DNA from: Saprospiraceae bacterium
GTDB lineage: Bacteria > Bacteroidota > Bacteroidia > Chitinophagales > Saprospiraceae
Direction of reading: 5' to 3'
Assembly (NCBI GenBank): GCA_965222705.1
Contig: CBDCUO010000032.1
Coordinates: forward strand, 116,308 to 180,307
DNA length: 64,000 nt
Shown here: positions 56,201 through 62,863 of the stretch, in pieces
Layout of the letters: each line of letters starts with the position of its first letter
How positions within the stretch are numbered: the first letter of the stretch is position 1
The notes under the pieces: generated by a model
What the model saw: only the letters and a program-made list of their open reading frames with translations
Databases searched by the model: none
Told to the model about the DNA's origin: nothing
Program-made: the position numbers and the translations under genes

Positions 56201-57233
56201 GAATATTACCCGCCCACTTTCTTTTCCTGAAAATTCGAGTGTGACTTTTGAATGGTATGATGCTAGAACAGATTTGAAAATTACTTCTACAACGGCGTCC
56301 AGTTTGGTTTTTTCCAACTTAAAAGCATCAGATAGCGGCTCTTTTTATACCAAGATTATTCAGGATGCTTGTGAGAGTGCTATTTCCAATATTGCAGAAT
56401 TGGAAGTGAGTCGCACTCCCAATGAAACTGCCTTCATTATGGAGAATACCAATAATGCTTGCAACGAAACGGAAGTGATGATTGAGGCAATTCAGCCCAT
56501 GCAAGGGAGTGGTATTTGGTCGGCAGATTTGGATATTGGCATTGTGGACCCTCTGAATCCAGTTACTTTATTAACCAATTTAAAAGATGGGGACAATCAG
56601 ATTTTCTGGACGCTTTCTTATAAGGGTTGTAAAAACTATTCCAAAGATTCGATAATTATTCGACAGGAAGATGCAGTAATTGACGCAAAAGATGATGAAT
56701 ATACCATAGCTTTTAATAGTAAATTAGAGCAAGTGAATTTGCTGGACAATGACGTTTTAGATGATATAAGTGCTTATGAGGTGAAGTTAATGAATCAGCC
56801 TAAAAATGGTCAATTAACGTTTGACAATGGGCTGGCAAAGTACCAACCCAACGCCAATTTCTTTGGTATGGATGTCTTTGAATACGAAATCTGTAACATC
56901 AATTGCCCGGACAAATGCGATCTAGCTACGGTACGGGTACGCGTAGTGGATAACTCCAACAGTGCGCTTTGCTTTGCCCCCAATATTATTACGCCCAATG
57001 GTGATGGACTGAATGACTGTTTCAAAGTACCTTGTGTAGAAAATCATCCTGAAAACACCTTGAAGATTTTTAATCGCTGGGGTGATCTGGTACATGAAGT
57101 TGTCAATTATCGAAACGACTGGACGGGTACTTACGATGGCAATCCGTTGCCCAATGGCACTTATTTCTACATTTTGGATATGAAACAAGGCGGAGAAGAA
57201 CCCATGCAGGGCTATTTTACCATTATAAGATAA
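50283..57233 (+). CDS. Giant (2316 aa) T9SS type-B-CTD surface adhesin with TSP3 calcium-binding array and tandem Ig-like pairs
   Basis: It has a signal peptide, an N-terminal ~530-aa domain, DxDxDGxxD repeats and six ~177-aa repeat units. A cadherin/VCBS-like module and the CTD follow (ITPNGDGLNDCF..IFNRWGDLVH..DWTGTYDGNPLPNGTYFYIL). Confidence 0.9.
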   Translation: MKPQALLSSFGKFIFLFALLFNSISSLRAEGSKDFRNYPGYRLFFNAEQEQQLKVFAAESEAINIGTSHVGIAGGFITVYRPDGTMHSIFDGSNGSAIINNDVEEINGPTGGGTTLGAGYEPGVITVANGETGVWTVRFEYPTYALTAFTNKLNRDAWTRADQPTGQRVVLAWDITVTQGGAGNAGGVPVEGRVYSNEYISIQNENGITTSPTFYILTKDGYQYQIDFKETDPWGFPLFSNSSGLVAADQQPCYQSAAQLDYKRSADVSSWTTGGKYLYHPQAEDTETIINNKVFFNPPDPSMPARALVTDVLRNNTHTTWLYQELMEISPVFEEVSFKGAVPVNGLCEEDFTAQEGLGGTFSFKININGIAKISLDFNDNGRFDDVVDRTFFQRIEVGMNAVFWDGKDGEGNIIPATADFHLNYKISARGGEVHILMLDIENNYGGIIFTRLNGVDSPSNEYYYDHSSVGGSVSGAGSPGMPGVSVTPYTFSSLFGNNKLLDYWTYIEFNNFENGGLDLNIVENCSRPIVDSDGDGIADFQDLDDDNDGIADMSEYCNPEGGWQCLSGFVDPSADNDNDLIPNYLDSSDPIVNNFCADNNEDGVCDEVSPLYDMDRDGVPDHLDLDSDNDGISDLVEAGHNQKDINGDGMIDGDASFFGQNGLFNALASDPDAATAVENYTRWDVDFDGVPDHDDLDSDNDGINDVAEANFGESDTNLDGRIDDAGNPPVVSSMGLVPLIDPAITLSPIPLPPDTDIDGIPDWHDLDSDNDGINDVGESLRPDDDDDGRIGTGKLIVNANGIAITDGSAAPLSTTSRPVNTDQEGEADFKDLDSDGDGINDVDEADQPDSDQDGIAGTGQPIVNSNGQIIADGENTPLVPISNPKDSDKDLKRDFQDVDRDNDGIADAYECPGGWPCVDTDNDSLPDVDDLDSDNDKLLDSEECPGGAPCPDENANNLVNFLEYNCNVRNTPQPTNILGGGSFCEGVPVKLTADGDTAFTETITYFWTGPNEFITSGAAAANVAFSLDLIDTREAASGTYGLVLETEKGCQSQPLQTTVNLREQPLTPQLSAVNEELCAGETIQLNTQSYTGNEVLYEWFKLADGSSVAIDTTPNATLFIENAEVLNTGAYTVKVTVDGCASNISNAAQVQIHQSVSNPVASATATIENPVCEGATVSLSVPFQAGASYQWYGPNGFTSDQPTPAFQDATAAISGAYYAVITLDNCSATTNEVEVLVYATPAKPEIFIDQAIQCQGDEIALKVRDPVSFSDSSLVFNWYTIEGNRLVNTTSEPELIFNNIEKTNSGTYYVEAMNGACTSPASNAALIDVRPIVENLTASSSTAINTPACEGDLVTFSASFETGATYEWYGPNGFTSDQPKPSIEAAKTEQSGIYYVVATLNGCSTTSNEVNIRINPSPEKPTIGIDNQIQCKGDPVRLNIISPINYPLDSNWRFIWYTTASSAPISTTLEPFLDLLSLEEANNGTYYVEASNGNCVSAASNSQLIEVQSAVENFTISSSATADKPACEGDLVMLIAPFIQGATYQWYGPNGFTSNQPRPFVPEATTDINGEYYAVVSLGDCPTTSNRVEVAVRATPPTPNLVVDNMEPCTGEKVTLRFNTPINAPEGSDIKVDWYIVENNELIGTTENLALELDNLENMDDGAYYGILSIDGCSSQPSNIAEINTQEGLEAAFIQTNASIESPICEGEQVTLSVPFELDVTYEWHGPNGFTANIPNPSILNASAAASGAYYVVRKKGNCSSVSQEVVIQVSPVPDQPELMLVEAPQCYSGEAVLRINNPQIIPNGSEAVYNWYHVQTNELVGTSTQAVFALTNLTKAKNGTYYAVLTVDGCSSSPSNVGHISVQEPTESLIATTTSSLTNPICEGETVVLNVPFIIGATYNWFGPNGFAADIPNPSIPNATAAANGDYHAIVTTGICPIRTNNVEVLVKPMPEKPTLVVDEPQKCEGDDVALNITRPLSFPENSSVTFEWYDARTDLKITSTTASSLVFSNLKASDSGSFYTKIIQDACESAISNIAELEVSRTPNETAFIMENTNNACNETEVMIEAIQPMQGSGIWSADLDIGIVDPLNPVTLLTNLKDGDNQIFWTLSYKGCKNYSKDSIIIRQEDAVIDAKDDEYTIAFNSKLEQVNLLDNDVLDDISAYEVKLMNQPKNGQLTFDNGLAKYQPNANFFGMDVFEYEICNINCPDKCDLATVRVRVVDNSNSALCFAPNIITPNGDGLNDCFKVPCVENHPENTLKIFNRWGDLVHEVVNYRNDWTGTYDGNPLPNGTYFYILDMKQGGEEPMQGYFTIIR
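51876..53160 (+). repeat. Thrombospondin type-3-like calcium-binding repeat array (in-frame)
   Basis: At least 12 D-rich loops are present, such as DSDGDGIADFQDLDDDNDGIAD, DRDGVPDHLDLDSDNDGISD, DIDGIPDWHDLDSDNDGIND and DLDSDGDGINDVDE. Confidence 0.75.
53190..56420 (+). repeat. Six in-frame tandem units of 531-552 bp (paired Ig-like modules)
   Basis: The motif (Y/F)(Q/E/N/F)W(Y/H/F/T)GPN(G/E)F starts at 53304, 53856, 54387, 54921, 55455 and 55989. The last four spacings are 531-534 bp. Confidence 0.85.
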
Positions 57234-57303
57234 ACCGTAAGGTGGATTGTGCTTATTTCAAAAATAAAACCTTCTGAGATTATCTTATAATCAAATAAAA
57301 AAC

Positions 57304-58227
57304 ATGAAAAAAATAATTTATACCACTTTTTTTCTTTGGTCGCTGACTAACCTCCAGGCACAACACGATGTGCAGTACACCCATTTTTTATTTAACAAAC
57401 TGGCTTATAATCCCGCTTATGCAGGCGCGGCGGGCGAACCCAGCCTGCTGGCCATTTATCGCAACCAATGGCTCAATCTGGATGGTGCGCCAAAAACAGC
57501 AACGGCTAATTTTCATACGCCTTTTTTTGGGAGTCGTTCCGGCTTTGGAATTGGCGTGACCGCCGATAGGGTGGGCATGCTGCAAAACAATTATCTAAAT
57601 GTAAGCTATGCCTATCGCTTTTCAGTGGGCAAGGGCAAACTGAGTGCAGGGGTCAATGGTCGTTTGGAGCAAGGAAAAGTCAACTGGAATGAAGCCAGTC
57701 CATTGGACATTGGGGATGGTGCGATTCCAAGCAATGAAAATGCGAAAGTTCGTCCAAATTTTGGCTTCGGACTGTACTATGAGCAATCGAATTTTTATTT
57801 GGGCTTATCTATTCCTCAGTTACTTAATACAACTTTGTATAGAGATATTGACATAGTCGATAGAAGCACGGATTATCGAACGTATTATTTGATGACAGGT
57901 TTTTTGACTCATTTGAGCAGTGCTGTAAAATTTCAGCCTGGTGCAATGATTAGTTTTAATGCAGAAGCACCCTTTGAGCTAGATGTCAATGCCAATTTGA
58001 TTTTTATGGATGCTTTTTGGATAGGAGGCAATTACCGTTTGGGCGATTCCTTTGCCGCTTTGGTACAATACCAATTTACTCCTCAATTTCGGGCAGGTGC
58101 TGCTTTTGATTTTACAATGAGCGAATTGAAGTCTTACACGAATGGGAGTATGGAGGTCATGCTGTCTTACATTTTTGCAAAGAAGGACAAAACAGTTGAG
58201 CAGGTAAATAATTTGAGATTTTTTTAG
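57304..58227 (+). CDS. PorP/SprF-family T9SS outer-membrane protein, cognate partner of the upstream type-B cargo
   Basis: A signal peptide is followed by QHDVQYTHFLFNKLAYNPAYAGA. The protein is 307 aa and beta-rich, and it lies 70 nt downstream of the giant CTD gene. Confidence 0.85.
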   Translation: MKKIIYTTFFLWSLTNLQAQHDVQYTHFLFNKLAYNPAYAGAAGEPSLLAIYRNQWLNLDGAPKTATANFHTPFFGSRSGFGIGVTADRVGMLQNNYLNVSYAYRFSVGKGKLSAGVNGRLEQGKVNWNEASPLDIGDGAIPSNENAKVRPNFGFGLYYEQSNFYLGLSIPQLLNTTLYRDIDIVDRSTDYRTYYLMTGFLTHLSSAVKFQPGAMISFNAEAPFELDVNANLIFMDAFWIGGNYRLGDSFAALVQYQFTPQFRAGAAFDFTMSELKSYTNGSMEVMLSYIFAKKDKTVEQVNNLRFF

Positions 58228-58311
58228 GATAGGAACCCTTTTCCAATACTGCTCATCGCATTTGGTAGGGACAACCCCATCTTTTCACAAAAGAACTAAT
58301 ATCAAAAAATC

Positions 58312-60672
58312 ATGATAAAAAAACACTACTTTCTTCTAGTGCTATTGGTGATTCCCCTGATCAGCTATACTCAAAAAAACACCAAATCGGAAGCTGATAA
58401 AGCATATAATCGGTTGAGTTATCTCAAAGCAGCAGGTTTGTACCAACAGTTGGGAGTAGATGATTTGGATGTGGCTGCCAAGATTCGTTTAGCAAATAGC
58501 TATCGTTTGAATGGAGATACAGAACTGGCGGAGTACTGGTATGCGCAAGCCATTAGCAAGGCCAGCCATACAGACGATTTATTGTGCTATGCTCAAGTCT
58601 TGCAAAGCAATGGAAAATGCGAAAAAGCACTTGGCTGGTATAAGCATTATTTGAAAATGGTAGGAGCAAATGCCCGTTTGCCTAGAGCTTCCGTATCCGA
58701 TTGTAGTGAATGGGAATTTTTACCGAAACGGCAAGTTGTCGTGACCAATGTTCAGGAAATCAATTCTGGACATTTGGATTTTAGCCCGATTCCTTATAAG
58801 GGTGGACTAGTATTTACTTCTACGAGAGGGAGTGAAGCTAGTGAGTATGAAGACCTTTGGACGAAAGACCATTTTTCTGATTTGTTTTTTGCTAAAAAAA
58901 ATACGACTCAGACCTTTTCCACGCCGGAATTATTGGTAGGAGAGATAAATGGAGCATTTCACGATGGCATCGCCACTTTTAATAAGTCGGGAACCTTAAT
59001 GTATTTTTCTAGAAATGATGAACAGGGGAAGAATAGCAGAAATATTGTAGATTTAAAAATTTATCGTGCGGAGTTGCAGAACCAATTATGGGTCAATATA
59101 CAAGAGTTGCCTTTTAATAATAAAGAAATTTCCACTTGTCACCCAGCGCTTTCAGCAGATGGCAGAACCCTGTATTTTGCCTCCAATCGGATGGGCGGAT
59201 TTGGGGGCATGGATATTTATAAATCGGTTCGTGCTGGCAGTACCTGGTCCACCCCTGAAAACTTGGGGGCTACTATTAATACGGCAGGCAATGAGCTTTT
59301 TCCTTTTATTGACTTCAAAAACGACTTGTATTTTGCCTCTAATGGTCATGAAGGTGTAGGCGGACTAGATATTTATGTGGCACATAAAAACGGCGAGAAC
59401 TGGACAAAAGCAGAAAATATGGGTGCGCCTATTAACTCTTCCAAAGACGATTTTGGCTTTTCTATTTTGGAAAATGGCAAAGAAGGCTATTTTTCTTCTA
59501 ATAGAACAGGTGGGCAAGGCGGGGATGATATTTACCATTGGACAATTAGTGCTTCTGTTAATAGTAGCCAAAATGTGATTACGATTATGGATGAAGAAAC
59601 AGGAGAAAGACTGCCGGATGTAATAGTAACGGTAGTAGAGGGTATTATAAACGAAAAAAATATCAGCCCAATAAGTGGCTTAAAAGTCAACAACGATAGA
59701 GCTAATTACACAAATTACTATACCCGACCCATTAGCCTGTTGACGGACCCAAAAGGTAAAGTGCAACCTGATGTTAGAACCGGAAAGACCTATACTATTT
59801 TGGTAGAAAAAGCAGGTTATTCTCCGCTTAAAAAAGTAGTCAATGCTTATGATTTGCTCAGAACGTCAGAGTTTATAATTCTCTTAAATAAAAGAAAAGG
59901 ATTGTCATTAAAAGGGACGGTCATCCATGAAAAATACAACCATTTTATTCCCAATGCTCATATTGAGCTATTTAATTTTTGCACAGGAGAATATGAAAAA
60001 ATGCTTTCGGATGAATTGGGTAATTTTGAATTTTACCTCGCCTGTGGCTGTGATTATGAATTGACGGGTAACAAAGAACGCTTTAGTGCGGATAAAAAGC
60101 ATTATTCTACGATCAATATTGACTGTAAAACAGCAAAACCGATCAATTCCATTTTGTATCTAAGTGTGGAAGATATGCCTACTAAGCCCAAGCCTGCTTC
60201 TCCAAAACCCGCTACGAATGTCAAGCCCACCGCTATACCACCAGTAATTTCCCATGCAGAAAGCAATGCCTATAAAGTTGGCCAAATCATTTCTCTGGAA
60301 AACGTATATTATGATTTTAATAAATCCTATATCCGCAATGATGCAGCTCGCGAATTAGACCATGTAGTGAATTTATTAAAAAAATATCCCAGTATGGAAA
60401 TCCAATTGGCCTCCCATACTGACTCCAGAGGCAATAGTAGTTATAACCAACGCTTATCCCAAAAACGGGCAGATGAGGCGGTGAACTACATTATTTCAAA
60501 AGGGATTTCTTCTAGCAGAATTACAGCTAAGGGATATGGGGAGTCCCAGCCGAGAAATGGCTGTATTGACGGTATTCGATGCAATGAAGAAGAACATCAA
60601 CGCAACCGACGAACGGAAGTAAAAATCACTCAACTGGACGAAAATGTAAAAGTGCAATATAGAGGAAGATAG
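58312..60672 (+). CDS. OmpA-family protein with TPR, PD40 (TolB-like) beta-propeller repeats and C-terminal OmpA peptidoglycan-binding domain
   Basis: PD40-like repeats are present (SADGRTLYFASNR, NDLYFASNG, KEGYFSSNR). The OmpA_C region reads NVYYDFNKSYIR...HTDSRGNSSYNQRLSQKRADEAVNY...GYGESQP...NRRTEVKI. Confidence 0.85.
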   Translation: MIKKHYFLLVLLVIPLISYTQKNTKSEADKAYNRLSYLKAAGLYQQLGVDDLDVAAKIRLANSYRLNGDTELAEYWYAQAISKASHTDDLLCYAQVLQSNGKCEKALGWYKHYLKMVGANARLPRASVSDCSEWEFLPKRQVVVTNVQEINSGHLDFSPIPYKGGLVFTSTRGSEASEYEDLWTKDHFSDLFFAKKNTTQTFSTPELLVGEINGAFHDGIATFNKSGTLMYFSRNDEQGKNSRNIVDLKIYRAELQNQLWVNIQELPFNNKEISTCHPALSADGRTLYFASNRMGGFGGMDIYKSVRAGSTWSTPENLGATINTAGNELFPFIDFKNDLYFASNGHEGVGGLDIYVAHKNGENWTKAENMGAPINSSKDDFGFSILENGKEGYFSSNRTGGQGGDDIYHWTISASVNSSQNVITIMDEETGERLPDVIVTVVEGIINEKNISPISGLKVNNDRANYTNYYTRPISLLTDPKGKVQPDVRTGKTYTILVEKAGYSPLKKVVNAYDLLRTSEFIILLNKRKGLSLKGTVIHEKYNHFIPNAHIELFNFCTGEYEKMLSDELGNFEFYLACGCDYELTGNKERFSADKKHYSTINIDCKTAKPINSILYLSVEDMPTKPKPASPKPATNVKPTAIPPVISHAESNAYKVGQIISLENVYYDFNKSYIRNDAARELDHVVNLLKKYPSMEIQLASHTDSRGNSSYNQRLSQKRADEAVNYIISKGISSSRITAKGYGESQPRNGCIDGIRCNEEEHQRNRRTEVKITQLDENVKVQYRGR

Positions 60673-60681
60673 CTCAAAGTG

Positions 60682-60723
60682 TTTAGAAAAGCGTAGAAGA
60701 GCAATACTCTGCACTTTTCTAAA
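60682..60723. terminator. Hairpin between convergent genes (possible bidirectional terminator)
   Basis: A 10-bp outer stem TTTAGAAAAG/CTTTTCTAAA encloses a nested AGAG/CTCT stem. It is AT-rich, so only moderately stable. Confidence 0.45.
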
Positions 60724-60726
60724 TAT

Positions 60727-61728
60727 TTAATTTTCCGAAATTTTCAAAACCAATTTGCCTAATTTCTCTCCACTAAACAAGCGCAAAAAGGTTTCCCGAA
60801 AGTTTTCAATCCCTTCATAAATATCTTCTTTCGACTTCAATTTGCCTTGTGCCATCCACATCCCCATTTCCATAGCCGCCTTGCCGAAGTCTTTGGAATA
60901 ATCCATGACGACCATACCTTCCATTCTGGCACGGTTGATTAAAAGGGAAAGGTAATTGGAAGGGCCCCTAATAGCCTCGGTATTATTGTATTGAGAAATG
61001 GCTCCACAAATAACAATTCTGGCATGCCTTCTTATTTGAGCTAGGGCAATGTCCAACATTTCCCCGCCGACATTATCAAAATAGACGTCAATGCCTTCCG
61101 GAGCGGCTGCCTTTAGAGCAGGGTAAACTTCTTCATTTTTATAATCAATAGCGGCATCAAAGCCCAAGGTTTCCACCAGATATTTGCATTTATCAGGTCC
61201 ACCAGCAGTGCCAATAACTGTACAGCCTTTTATTTTGGCAATTTGCCCAACCACGCTGCCCACTGCGCCGGCTGCGCCAGAAACCAAAACGGTTTCTCCT
61301 TCTTTGATTTCGCCTACTTCTAATATGCCAAAATAGGCAGTCATGCCAGGCATCCCCAATGTGCCTATATAGACGGGCATGGGAGCAAGGCTGGTATCTA
61401 CTTTATAAAAACCCTGACCGTCGGTTTTTAAATACTGGGTCACGCCGCCCCAACCTGTGACAATGTCTCCCTTTTGGAAATGGGCGTTTTTGGACTCAAC
61501 GACCTCACCAATAGAGCCAGCACGCATGACTGCCCCAAGTGGGATAGGAGGAATGTAGGATTTGACATCATTCATCCAGCCGCGCATAGCGGGGTCTAAA
61601 GAGATATATTCGTTTCGGACGAGCAGTTCACCATCTTCGATAGAAGGGATCGGACTGACTTCCAGTTTCCAAGTATTTTCATCCGGTAATCCAACGGGAC
61701 GTTGCACCAATTTTATTTGCTTATTCAT
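60727..61728 (-). CDS. NADP-dependent oxidoreductase, medium-chain dehydrogenase/reductase family (YncB/CurA / alkenal reductase-like)
   Basis: The protein is 333 aa with the nucleotide-binding motif VSGAAGAVGSVVGQIAK. The overall pattern is that of the zinc-independent MDR leukotriene-B4 dehydrogenase-like group. Confidence 0.85.
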   Translation of the reverse strand: MNKQIKLVQRPVGLPDENTWKLEVSPIPSIEDGELLVRNEYISLDPAMRGWMNDVKSYIPPIPLGAVMRAGSIGEVVESKNAHFQKGDIVTGWGGVTQYLKTDGQGFYKVDTSLAPMPVYIGTLGMPGMTAYFGILEVGEIKEGETVLVSGAAGAVGSVVGQIAKIKGCTVIGTAGGPDKCKYLVETLGFDAAIDYKNEEVYPALKAAAPEGIDVYFDNVGGEMLDIALAQIRRHARIVICGAISQYNNTEAIRGPSNYLSLLINRARMEGMVVMDYSKDFGKAAMEMGMWMAQGKLKSKEDIYEGIENFRETFLRLFSGEKLGKLVLKISEN

Positions 61729-61818
61729 ATTTTATTATTTGAAATATTTTTGTTTTATTTTTTTAGAAAATTTTAAAATATATTGAAAATCAATAGCTTA
61801 TGAAACGAAATCGCTACG

Positions 61819-62727
61819 CTACCTTTCTTGTTCTTTTTCTAGGCGATGCCCAATAAATTGTAATTGCTCTTGCATGTCCTTTAACTGTAGCTGGAGTCGG
61901 TCAATATCGTGATTTAAACTGGGAGCGCCACCTGTTTTACTAGCTTCTACCATTTTTTCCAGTCGTTGCTCATTAGCGACTTCGTCCATACTGTTCATAA
62001 TGACCCCGATAAAAAGATTCAAAACGATCATGGTGCCAATTAATACAAAGGAAATAAAGTAAATAGCCGCTCCTGCACCATTGGCAACGGGAGTAGCACA
62101 GTCTTCACTTCCCCATTGTGGATGATCGCATCCGAATATGTTGATGTACATAATATCTGCCCAACCTTCGAGCGTGGTTATTTGGAAAAGAGTAATCAGG
62201 GAAGTTTGTAAATCTGCGAAATGAACGGGGTTGTTTTTGCCGAACATAAAAACGCCCAATACGCCATAAATGTAAAATAATAAAAAGAGCAAAACACTTA
62301 CATAACCCATAGACGGGATGCTTTTGAGCATGGCATCCACCAACATTTTAAGCTGCGGCATAGCTGTGACCAAGCGCAAGACCCGAAGGATTCTTGCCAA
62401 TCGAAATACAGCGACAAAACCCGCATTGATATTAGGCAGAAATACAGACATCCAGCAAACGACCACAATCAGAAAGTCAAAAAGATTCCAGGGGTCTTTA
62501 AAATAGTTGAGCGGTTGGTTGCCTTCTGCTGCGATTTTTATAATGGCTTCTACCGTAAAAATTAGTAGAATTAAATAATCTAGTGCATGAAGCATCGGCA
62601 ACCACTCGCGGACTCTATCTCCATACGTTTCAATGCCTACAATCACTCCAGCTAAGAGAATGGAGATAATAACGGTATTTTGAAACCAATTACTGTCTAC
62701 AATTCGGCGGTAAGTATTAGTACTCAT
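61819..62727 (-). CDS. Single-domain voltage-gated cation channel (BacNav/CavMr-like)
   Basis: It has a six-TM layout. S4 carries Arg at every third position (FRLARILRVLRLV). The pore is FQITTLEGWADIMY, S6 is FVLIGTMIVLNLFIGVIMN, and a C-terminal coiled coil follows. Confidence 0.85.
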   Translation of the reverse strand: MSTNTYRRIVDSNWFQNTVIISILLAGVIVGIETYGDRVREWLPMLHALDYLILLIFTVEAIIKIAAEGNQPLNYFKDPWNLFDFLIVVVCWMSVFLPNINAGFVAVFRLARILRVLRLVTAMPQLKMLVDAMLKSIPSMGYVSVLLFLLFYIYGVLGVFMFGKNNPVHFADLQTSLITLFQITTLEGWADIMYINIFGCDHPQWGSEDCATPVANGAGAAIYFISFVLIGTMIVLNLFIGVIMNSMDEVANEQRLEKMVEASKTGGAPSLNHDIDRLQLQLKDMQEQLQFIGHRLEKEQER

Positions 62728-62863
62728 GGTCTTTGCCTTATGGTTTTACCAATTTTTCCTTTAGCATTGCAAAGAAAGCCAAATTGATATTAAAACAGAA
62801 AGAATATATGCTTCTTTTTCTAGTTTGGCCGAACGCCTTTGTCCAAAGTTTGAAATTCAAGAC

